A DNA stretch of 64,000 bases from Eledone cirrhosa (lineage: Eukaryota): contig OZ024740.1 in NCBI GenBank assembly GCA_964016885.1, positions 285,076,001-285,140,000 on the forward strand. Direction: 5' to 3'. A program made the translations under genes and the position numbers. Below, piece by piece: positions 53,311 to 64,000 of the stretch; the stretch's first letter is position 1; each line of letters starts with the position of its first letter. Under the pieces are notes generated by a model. The model was not told the origin of the DNA, searched no databases, and saw only the letters and a program-made list of their open reading frames with translations.

Positions 53311-53355
53311 AATATTGGACTAGTTTCGATGTTATTACATCTCATCAGCAATATT
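53311..53355 (-). ncRNA. Type I hammerhead ribozyme, perfect core
   Basis: AATATTG-CTGATGA-GATGT(AATA)ACATC-GAAAC(TA)GTC^CAATATT: 7-bp helix I, 5-bp helix II, palindromic ACTAGT helix III, GUC cleavage triplet. Confidence 0.92.
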
Positions 53356-53779
53356 TACCCATCTTCCGGCTTCTCTGGAGAATTGTAAAAGCACATATCG
53401 TTATATGCTTTTTCTATGAAAATTAGTAGTGGGTAGACCAATTTGCATAGAACGTGAGTCATTGTACGCACCGGTTCAGCGGAAACGATAAAAACAAATA
53501 ACGAAACAAAATTAAATTTCGTTTCGCTTCTAACTCACTTTTGTATGACTGACGCTTAAACAATTAAGTTAAAGTGTACATCTACATATGTATACGGAAG
53601 TATTAGTATGCATATAAATACACACATGTATACATATGTATATGTACTGAGTTTTTCACTAGACACTTTACAGTCAGTGTCAGCTAGTCTGTATGTAACC
53701 ACACAGACGGACCGGGTTTTAGAGTCATACGAGTTTTCAAGGAAACACATTTCCTCTATTCTGCAGAGGGCCAGACAGG

Positions 53780-53824
53780 AATATTGGACTAGTTTCGATG
53801 TTATTACATCTCATCAGCAATATT
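53780..53824 (-). ncRNA. Type I hammerhead ribozyme, identical second copy
   Basis: Same sequence as 53311-53355, exactly 469 nt away. Confidence 0.92.
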
Positions 53825-54098
53825 TACCCATCTTCCGGCTTCTCTGGAGAATTGTAAAAGCACATATCGTTATATGCTTTTTCTATGAAAATTAGTAGTG
53901 GGTAGACCAATTTGCATAGAACGTGAGTCATTGTATGCACCGGTTCAGCGGAAACGATAAAAACAAATAACGAAACGAACCGGTGCGTACAATGACTCAC
54001 GTTCTATGCAAATTGGTCTACCCACTACTAATTTTCATAGAAAAAGCATATAACGATATGTGTTTTTACAATTCTCCAGAGAAGCCGGAAGATGGGTA

Positions 54099-54143
54099 AA
54101 TATTGCTGATGAGATGTAATAACATCGAAACTAGTCCAATATT
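54099..54143 (+). ncRNA. Type I hammerhead ribozyme in the inverted unit
   Basis: aatattg ctgatga gatgt aata acatc gaaac ta gtc caatatt, read directly on the plus strand. Confidence 0.92.
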
Positions 54144-54362
54144 CCTGTCTGGCCCTCTGCAGAATAGAGGAAATGTGTTTCCTTGAAAACTCGTATGACT
54201 CTAAAACCCGGTCCGTCTGTGTGGTTACATACAGACTAGCTGACACTCACTGTAAAGTGTCTAGTGAAAAACTCAGTACATATACATATGTATACATGTG
54301 TGTATTTATATGCATACTAATACTTCCGTATACATATGTAGATGTACACTTTAACTTAATTG

Positions 54363-54930
<568 letters not shown>

Positions 54931-54945
54931 ATATATATATATATA

Positions 54946-55286
54946 GGCATACGTCAAAACGGCCGGTCTCAAAAGTGAAACTAATTTTTGACAGTGACGT
55001 ACACGTTATAAGAGTTATTTAAATTTATATATATAAAATAAAGGTGCAAATAAGAGCATGATATGAAGTCAGTAATGTGTGTGTGTGTAAACGAATGTAA
55101 AAGAATATATGTAGGGCATAGATAAGGTTTCCTAGAATTTTACACACACACATATACACACACACGTGTATATATTATAGTGTGTATGTGTGCATATAAA
55201 AGTGTATATGTGTGTGTACTTTTACATTCGTTTACACACACACACACACACATATACTTTTGAGGCCGGCCGTTTTGACGTATGCC
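54946..55286. mobile_element. MITE with ~32-bp GC-rich TIRs inserted in (TA)n
   Basis: GGCATACGTCAAAACGGCCGGTCTCAAAAGT ... ACTTTTGAGGCCGGCCGTTTTGACGTATGCC, plus a second internal inverted pair (55077-55103 / 55219-55245). Confidence 0.7.
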
Positions 55287-55471
55287 TATATATATATATA
55301 TATATATATAAATAATTGTTTCTACTTTTTGGCACAAAAAGTACTTTATTTTATCGATCCCGTTAGGATTTGAACTTCGACGAGATTTGAACTCAGACCG
55401 TAAAGGAACATAACTATGCTAGAAAGCATGGCATCTGACCTACCAATACTGCCAATTCACCACCCTTATAC

Positions 55472-55515
<44 letters not shown>

Positions 55516-55710
55516 TGTTTCTACTATTGGCACAAGGCCAGAAATTACCCAGTACATTACTGGTACTTTATTTTATCGACCCCGTAAGGATGAAAGGCAA
55601 AGTTAACCTCGGCGGGATTTGAACTCAGAATGGCAAGGGCCGTAACTCTATGCGTCAAAGAATGGCGTCCGACCCTCTACCGATACTGCCAATCCACCAA
55701 TAATAATAAT

Positions 55711-56128
55711 ACACAATGGACCTGACCTGGTGGTTTTGGACAAGGAAAAAAGATCGTGCCTGATTGCGGATGTGGCCTGCCCATTCGACACAAGAGTGCA
55801 AGAGAAGGAGAGGGAGAAAATTAACCGATACCAGGACTTAAAGTGGGAGGTAAAAAGGATTTGGAACTGCCATGAAGTCAAAGTGGTCCCGATTGTCATA
55901 GGCGCACTAGGTACTATCTCAAAAAGTTTCCAGGGATGGTTAAAGAAAATTGGCCCCGCCACGCTTTTTGGAACACTTCAAAAGGCATGCTTGCTGGGAA
56001 CAGCAAGAACCCTCCGATATGTCCTGAATATCTGAGGCTGCAGGTAGTGGCTTGATATTCATTTCAACAAACTTTCCAGTTAACTAACATCAGTGACTGA
56101 GACTCAAAGAACAATAATAATAATAATA
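55711..56128 (+). mobile_element. R4/Dong 3' fragment (endonuclease end plus 3' UTR) in a TAA repeat
   Basis: Near-identical to 3293-3690 (GTLQKACLLGTARTLRYVLNI*), bounded by TAA repeats on both sides. Confidence 0.9.
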
Positions 56129-57587
56129 GAGTTAACATCGGGCGGAGAATCCTTGGGAGGCATGAAGATCAAGAGAGGTATCTTCCAGGGAGATAGTTTG
56201 TCCCCTCTGTTGTTTGTCCTTGCCCCTGACCATTATACTGCGAAAAGTGAGAGCAGGATACAAGTTGGGAAAGGGAGAGCTTACCATCAATCACCTCCTC
56301 TTCATGGACGATCTTAATCTCTTCGGGAAGAGTGAGAAGGAGTTGGATGTACTTGTTGACACTGTCCGTATTTTCAGCAATGATATATGTATGGAATTTG
56401 GTATTAGTAAATGTGGAGTCCTTGTGATGAAGAGGGGTAAATTGAGCAGAAGCAACGGAATCCAGGTACCAACAGGTGAGATGATAAAGGAAATTGATAC
56501 TGAAGAAGGATACAAATATTTAGGTGTTCTGGAGGCTGATGACATCGAGAACAAAAAAATGAAGGAATTGATAAGATCTGAATACATTCGGAGAGTAAGG
56601 AGCGTATTAAAGTCACATCTGAACAGTAGGAATGCCATAAGTGCAGTAAACTCCCGAGCTGTGTCTATTATTAGGTACAGTGCAGGAATTCTGAAATGGA
56701 ATGTTGATGAACAAAAAGAAATGGATAGGAAGACTAGGAAGCGATTGACTATCTACAACATGTTCCACAAGAGGAGTGATGTCGATAGACTCTACTTAAA
56801 GAGATCTGAAGGTGGAAGAGGTCTTATCAGCATAGAGGACTGTGTTCAGATGGAGAAAAACAACCTACACAAATACGTGACTGATAGTAGGGAGCCAATG
56901 CTCAGAATTGTACTGAAGGAGAGGACAATAGACCAGGGGATGTCCAAGGAGGAAATAACAACAAGGAGGAAGAGCAACCTTCATGAAAAATCCCTTCATA
57001 GTACCTTCTTTAAGAAAACGGAATTTAGAGACCAACAGACATGGAACTGGTTAAAAAGAGGATACCTTAAAAAAGCTACAGAAGGAATGCTAATGGCTGC
57101 GCTAGAGCAAGCCCTCAGAACGAAGTGGGTGAAACACCATATTGACAAGGAGAAGGCTAGCTCCCTGTGTAGGATCTGTGGAGAGAGAGAGAGAGGAGAC
57201 TGTGGCTCACATTGTATCCGAGTGTAAACACCTAGCCCAGACTCACTATAAAGGCTGGAGACATGATGTGATGGGCAGGGTGATCCACTGGCACCTATGC
57301 AAACTAAACAATTTACCACATTCTGAGAAGTGGTATGAGCATAAGCCAGAGTCGGTGATAGAAAATGATCAGGTGAAGGTGCTATGGGATTTTAGGATAC
57401 AGACGGACAAGAAATTAGAACACAATAGGCCTGACCTGGTGGTTTTGGACAAAGGAAAAAGATCACACCTGATTGTAGATGTAGCCTGCCCATTTGACAC
57501 GAGAGTGCAAGAAAAGGAGAAGGAAAAAATTAACCGATACCAGGATTTAAAGTGGGAGTTAAAAAGGATTTGGAACTGCCATGATAT
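56129..57587 (+). mobile_element. R4/Dong fragment (RT C-half, zinc knuckle, RLE), truncated at both ends
   Basis: ORFs 56214..57227 and 57142..57744 are near-identical to 2280-3447. Similarity stops abruptly at GCCATGA (57587). Confidence 0.9.
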
Positions 57588-57788
57588 CAAGCCGATGTTT
57601 GACATAAACCCACAAGTCAGCAATGTTCAGACACTGGAGTGCGTGCAGGACGGTTTCATTGCCCTACACGCATCTCAGATAGGCCCGGCTGATGGCACTT
57701 CCATGCCTGTAGAGTTTATCCCCAACTGGCAAACTTCTCGGTAGCACTGCCAGGCCAGGGATTTCTGGAAGTTGTCCATGGGCCCCAA
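57588..57788 (-). mobile_element. L1/Tx1-type LINE fragment (zf-RVT region)
   Basis: Minus strand reads SLPVGDKLYRHGSAISRAYLRCV*GNETVLHALQCLNIADLWVYVK, a decayed LP..D.L....C..C...ET..H...C...W zinc-knuckle motif. Confidence 0.65.
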
Positions 57789-58070
57789 ATAATAATAATA
57801 ATAATAAAATTATTGTGTACAGTGCTCAGGTGCACTACAACTCATCAAAGGTGCATGTATAGTACATAGAATAATGTACAAATGCTAGGAAAGTGAACAG
57901 TGTATGAGTCATGATATACATGTATGCGTGTGTATGGAGGGGAGATATTAGGTGTAGTGATGGTGAATTTCAGGAAGCATGGAGGTTTTAAAGGATGCAG
58001 TGTCTCGGCAGCTAACAACTGATGCAGATTGTTTGTTCCATGCTTCAGCAACTCTGAACATGAAAAGATG
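57789..58070 (-). mobile_element. CR1-like LINE 3' end with (ATT)n tail
   Basis: Minus strand RVAEAWNKQSASVVSCRDTASFKTSML resembles the CR1 ORF2 C-terminus (RV...WN.LP..VV......FK), followed by a 3' UTR and a triplet tail. Confidence 0.6.
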
Positions 58071-58848
58071 TTTCTTTCTTCTATTTTCTTACTGGTTTTA
58101 GTCATTAGTCCATGGCCATGTTGAGGCACTTTCTATTTGACTATTATTATGGGGTACACACATTTCAAAATTTCCCATTCCCAATGCTTCCTAAGTCAAC
58201 TACTTTGTTTATATATATATATAATGGAGGCACATGGCTTAGTGGTTAGAGCATTGGCCTTGCAATCGAAAGGTTGTGAGTTCAATTCTCAGACCGGGTG
58301 ATGTGTTGTTTCCTTGAGCAAGACACTTTATTTCACATTGCTCCAGTTTACTCAGCTGTAGAAATGAGATGATAGGGACTGGGGTCCATATCATTCCACT
58401 GCAAAGTGGTCGTGGAGGTGCCACGGCAAAAAAGCACCCAGCACTCACTGTAAATGAGGTTGGTGTTAGGAAGGGCATCCAGCTGTAGAAATCAAGCCAG
58501 AATCAGTTCCCGTCCCACCCTTGCAAGCAGGGAAAAAGCGGACGTAAAATGAAATGAAATGATATATATATATATGACTTCTACAGGACTAGAAAGGCTT
58601 CATTCATATGACCATACCAGGACTTTCCTGATTTCATATGAATGAAACAATTCTAGTCCTATACTCTACCAACTTATTGAGTACTTTTTGGTCACCTCCC
58701 AATAACAATAATTATACATATGCATGCAAACATGGTCCTGTAACTCCTATATGTATGTATGTTCTGGTTTTATAATAGAGAGAGTCAGTTTCTAACATAG
58801 ATTCAAGACTCTCTCATTGTATGTATATATGTATGCATGTATGAATGC

Positions 58849-58904
<56 letters not shown>

Positions 58905-59544
58905 CATGACTCATACACTGTTCACTTTCCTAATATATATATATCATCATCACCGTTTTACGTCCGTTCTTCCACGCTAGCATGGGTTAGACGGGTTGTC
59001 CTGTTGTGTGCAGTGTCTGGTCGGCTGACCATGCCTTGCTCATACAGGAACTGATCTGGCTTGATTTCTACAGCTGGATGCCCTTCCTAACACCAACCTC
59101 ATTTACAGTGAGTGCTGGGTGCTTTTTCGTGGCGCCTACACGTCCACTTTACAGTGTGGGCTGGCTGCTTTTTTGCCGTGGCACCTCCACGACTACCTTG
59201 CGGTGGGGGGTGTGGGGGCATATTGTCTATATGCTTCAGCTTGTACCCATGGGAGGTCGGGTACTCTGTATTACTGCGTGACGCCAGAAGTCACGGTCGT
59301 GTGTCATTGTCTTTGAGAGGTGTAATTGGGTAAGGTCGGCTTTTATCACCTCATCCCAGGTCATCTTGGGTCTCCCCACTCCGCGGTTTCCATCAACTTC
59401 TAGTGCTCTGCACCTTTTTATGCAGCTGTCATCCTTCATACGCATCACATGTCCATACCAGCGCAACCGCCTCTCCTGCACACAGCATTATATATATATA
59501 TATACAATATTAACAAATGGAAACTATATTTATAAAACCATATC

Positions 59545-59609
59545 TATTTTATTATACATATTTCAAGGATACCATGTTAAATGATGGTATGCTTTCATCA
59601 GACAAAATA
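59545..59609 (-). ncRNA. Type I hammerhead ribozyme, AUA cleavage triplet
   Basis: TATTTTGT-CTGATGA-AAG-C-ATACCAT(CATTTAAC)ATGGTAT-C-CTT-GAAAT(ATGT)ATA^ATAAAATA: 8-bp helix I with one G-U pair. Confidence 0.75.
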
Positions 59610-61689
59610 CAATATATACCAGTTTTATAAATAAATATTGACATACCCTTTAAAAATGCAACCGTTACTTTTGGAAGACATCAGGATGTCTTCCAAAAGT
59701 AACGGTTGCATTTATATTTATGTATATACATATATATATATATATATATACATATATATACATAACTGTTTCTACTTTAGGCACAAGGCCAGCAATTACC
59801 CAGTTCATGTGGAGTATCAGTTCATTATTTAATTCTGTGAGAATACTTTTACCATTTCAAGTATGGGAGACAGAAAAGAAATTACACACTGAAAATTATA
59901 TTAATAGATAATTAATATTATTGTATTGATATAATTAATATAATATTAATTATATCAATTATATCAATATAATTACTATATATTTTGATATAAATTAATG
60001 TAATTAATATATATTTTTAAAATTTATGTATACTAATAATTATAAGCATCAACATTTAAGCAACATCATTTAACGTCAATTTTCCCATCTAGCAAATCAG
60101 TACTTAATCAGATCTGCTCACCTCGCAGACAGGCCATGCTTACATATCTTCCTCACTGTTTAGAGGGCCCTGGGGGCATTTTTTCCTGACACCAACACTA
60201 GGGAGGTTTTTCTATCTTCAACACAGCTGAAGAGTACTCCAAACCCTTTGTTTGGCAGAATTTCTCTGGCTGGATTCCTTTTCTACCACCAACTAATGTA
60301 CAGAATGTACTGGTCATGGTTATCATATAGTTTACCAACACTAGAAGAACTGTCTCAACCTTTTATTGCATGGTTTCTATGACTGGATGCCCACTTTAAC
60401 CTATAGGGGTGGAAGGGGATAGGAAGTATGCCATGAGTGGGCTGCAGAATGGAAAGGAACGAAGCTCTGCATGCTCTGTTGGATGTGCAATAGTAATATA
60501 CACGAACAGCTAAACATAAACAAACTAAGTGAGAAATTAGGAATAAGAGGGATCAGATGCTGTTTACTTGAGAGAAGATTACATTGGTATGGTCATGTGA
60601 TGCGCATGAAAGATGACACCTGTATAAAAAATTGCAGGGCAATCAAAATTGATGGAAGTTACAGAGTAGGTAGACCCAGAAAAACTTGCACACTTTCACC
60701 TCTCTAAGACAATGTCACTGGATCGATATCTTTGGCGCCACACAGTAATACAGAAGAGCCGCGTTCTCTACAGTCAGTAGGCCCCTCCAAACCAAACATA
60801 CATCCAAACCCACTACCCCTACTCCACCCTTCCACTCCCGCCAACACCACCCTTTCTCTATAAAGTTATGTTAGTACCACAACATCCAGTACCAAACTAA
60901 TGAGGTTGTGTAGGTGTCACGACAAAAAAAGAAAAAAAGGGTAAAAGAAAAGGGAGAAAAAACACAGTCCATGCTGTAATGTGGTCATATAGGTAACACG
61001 GTAAAAAGCTCCCAGTCCACATGGTAAACGTGGTTGGTGTTAGAAAGGGCATCCAACCGTAGAAAACCTGCCAGATAGTCCTATACAAGCGAGACATGGT
61101 CACCCAACCAATCTTACCTCAAATGGGACAATTCCTGTCTAACCCATGCTAGTGTGGAAGATAGACATTAAACGATGATGATGATGATGATGATGATGAT
61201 TATATATATATATATATGTCCACGCTGTAATGTGGCCGTGTAGGCAACACGGTAAAAACCTCCCAGCCCCACACTGTAAATGTGGTTGGTGTTAGGAAGG
61301 GCATCCAACTGTAGAAAACCCGCCAGACAGTCCTATGCGAGCAAGACAACCACTCTTGCCTCAAGTGGGAAAACTCCCGTCCAAACCCATGCAAGCATGG
61401 AACACGGACGTTAAACGATGATGATGATGATGATGATGATATATTCATGAAAGATTGGAGGCCATATTCAGTTGATTCAGATTTAATTAAAAGTCCAATA
61501 TACATATTTCACTGAGGACTATCCATTATGATAGCCTGAGCTCTTCAGATGGCCAAACATAAAATAAACATAGAAAGTTCCTAAAAAACATTTAACTTTG
61601 CAAAAATCCAATAATTTCTCTGTACAGGGGCCAGCCGTCGAAGAAACAACACCATGCGTTTGGCTGGCCCCCTGTATCATGAAAAGAAA

Positions 61690-62004
61690 ATCTTTTTCGG
61701 GGAAATTATTGGATTTTTCCAAATTTAAAGGTGTTTATGATCGCCATCATAGAGAAGTTTCCATGGGCAGTCAGTCTTAAACTCCTCTGTTATGGCTTGG
61801 AGAACTATAAGGAATAAGAGTGGGCTGAGGACCGAACCATGGAGAACTCCTACTTATATCTGGAATTCCTCACTAAACTCCATTCCTACTATCACTTTAC
61901 TGACAGCTCCTCACAAGCCATTCCTCCACACCTAGTTTCCTTAGGGACCACCAGATGACAGATCGTGGTACTCTACCAAAGGCCTTCTCTAGGTCAACAA
62001 AAGC

Positions 62005-62008
<4 letters not shown>
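61690..62008 (-). mobile_element. RTE RT fragment
   Basis: LAFVDLEKAFGRVPRSVIWWSLRKLGVEEWLV and GVLHGSVLSPLLF. Confidence 0.75.
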
Positions 62009-62042
<34 letters not shown>

Positions 62043-62053
62043 GCTTTTGTTGA

Positions 62054-62086
<33 letters not shown>

Positions 62087-64000
62087 CTATATTTAGTGAT
62101 ATTGAGGTCATCTGCCCTGTAGTTAGACTTAAAAGACACACATACACAACAAATAGATGACAACGCAGAAAGAAAATATGTGAATTTAAAAAACCTATAC
62201 GTATGTAGTAACTGGTAAAAGGATATGAACTGCTGAACTCTCAGTTAGTTGCCTATTACTCTAATGGTATAATTCTTTTGTTTAATCCAAGTGTTTCCAA
62301 TTGTTTTTCACAATAGAAACATCAAATATTGCTGAGAGGCTTATAAAGAAGCCATAACCTTTTTAATACCAAACCAATTGAAATTACTCATGATTCTTCT
62401 ATACAAAATTATTTGTTATAAATTGTCTAGATTTATATAAAAACCATCCATCATAATTTTGTGCAAGAGCCCTTAACCCTTTAGCATTTACATTACATGG
62501 CTTAGTGGTTAGAGCATTGGCTTTGCAATCGAAAGGTTGTGAGTTCAATTCTCAGATCGGGTTATGTGTTGTTTCCTTGAGCAAGACACTTTATTTCACA
62601 TTGCTCCAGTTTACTCAGCTGTAGAAATGAGATGATAGGACTGGGGTCCCTATCATTCCATTGCAAAGTGGTCATGGAGGTGCCACGGCAAAAAAGCATC
62701 CAGCACTCACTGTAAATGAGGTTGGTGTTAGGAAGGGCATCCAGCTGTAGAAAGCAAGCCAGAATCAGTTCTCGTATGAGCAAGACAAGGTCAGCTGACC
62801 AGACACTGCCCACAACAGGACAACCTGTCTAACCCATGCTAGCGTGGAAGAATGGACGTAAAATGGTCATGATGATGATGATGATGATTACCCTATATAT
62901 ACTATCATATTTTCACAGCTTTACCTCACATAATTATCTCACATAATATCAAATCAATGAGACTTTGATGTTATTTATTTTGAGAGTAATACCATAACAT
63001 TAGTATGAGTGGCCAGTTCGAGCCAGTTTAAACAGAAAGAGGTGAGAGAATGCTAAAGGTTTAAGTTATAAAGGTTTAAATGCTAAAGAGTTAAGTTATG
63101 TCTAAACACAAGTTTAAAAATGTGTTAGAATTTCACCAAATTCCTAAATGCCGATAAGCAATGACCCCGCATCTTTGGTCAAAGAAGGCATTGGAGCCTC
63201 AGCAGTCAGTTTAAAAATGACAAAGATAATACTTTCAAAAGTTTGATTATTTTCGAAATTATTTTAAACATGAACTCAGTGTATTTTATTGGAAATATGT
63301 CCACAAAAGTTATGTAATAACAAATGGGTCAAACTTGATAATTGAAAGAATGTTTATTATACTAAAATATATCATATCATTAAAATAAATATATAATAAA
63401 GTAGAAGAATTATCAGACTTTATTGACAAATCATGTAGGAACTTGCCAAATTATTTTAATGAAAATGTTGAATGAAAACCACAGGTTTAACCTCAGACTA
63501 ACTCTGACAAATCTATGACCACCTATTCTTTTTTGTCAAGATATAGTTTATGCAAGATTACATTATTCAATACGATCTTTTAATAAGATAGTAGCAGGGG
63601 ATTTAAGGGAGATTTCTCTGCTGTTTCTAGCCACACCAAGACTTCCTTGTTGGCTTGTGCTCACTTATGTATTAAATTAAAGTGCAAATTATCTTATCAC
63701 AGCCAAAGACAATAATCTGTTGTAGATAAATTCTCTGTATGCCAGGCTCATAAAAATGTCTAAAATCACAGATATATAGAAATAAGAGGAATGAAATATT
63801 TCAACCACGAAAGAAACTTATTTTATAGATTATCTACTTTTACATGGTGTTCACATCCTTGTTGGTAAAACTGCTTCTTATATATACTGAGGAGACAAAC
63901 AATTAAACTAATTTTCACCAAAGTACCAGGTCTTACTTAAGTAGTTAGAGGTTATCAAAGAGGATGTTACTATTTTAGTATCTTATTCAAGACTTTATCA

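Noticed and set aside
53087-54246. Repeated 64-95 aa ORFs within the 469-bp units
   Set aside because: They recur only because the DNA is duplicated; several start at non-ATG codons and none has a recognisable domain. The RNA structure explains the unit better.
58778-58815. GAGAGTC..GACTCTC hairpin as a hammerhead
   Set aside because: The CUGANGA core cannot be fitted; too degenerate.
63130-63215. Possible upstream BtpA exon in a GC-richer patch (also 45660-45860 and 40450-40560)
   Set aside because: Minus-strand reading shows no expected G.QIL...N..A.AVA motif and no convincing splice pair.

Overview
AT-rich, repeat-saturated animal genomic DNA. The SINE/LINE repertoire and microsatellite load look like an octopus/coleoid cephalopod genome; this is inferred, not verified. 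One host gene is well supported: the last three coding exons of a minus-strand BtpA/SgcQ-family (TIM-barrel, F13E9.13-like) gene at 34853-35003, 26498-26625 and 16811-17010. Its upstream exons were not found, so 35004-64000 is probably one large intron. The rest is decayed mobile DNA: R4/Dong-type non-LTR elements in (TAA)n, RTE/CR1/Tx1 fragments, three SINE families, piggyBac/mariner/pogo/hAT MITEs, a Helitron, and mini- and microsatellites. The most striking signal is not in the ORF track. There is a dense set of type I hammerhead ribozyme (HHR) motifs (about 10 complete or near-complete plus several broken ones) inside short non-coding, (TA)n-anchored, fold-back elements with Penelope/retrozyme architecture. 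The best example is a young 469-bp head-to-tail dimer plus an inverted copy (53021-54365) carrying three perfect HHRs. Two of these lie sense to the host pre-mRNA and could excise a 469-nt unit RNA able to circularise. A diverged sister element (51418-52163) shows compensatory helix changes. Nearly all non-TE ORFs in the track are microsatellite or antisense artefacts. All structures were folded by eye and no database search was run.
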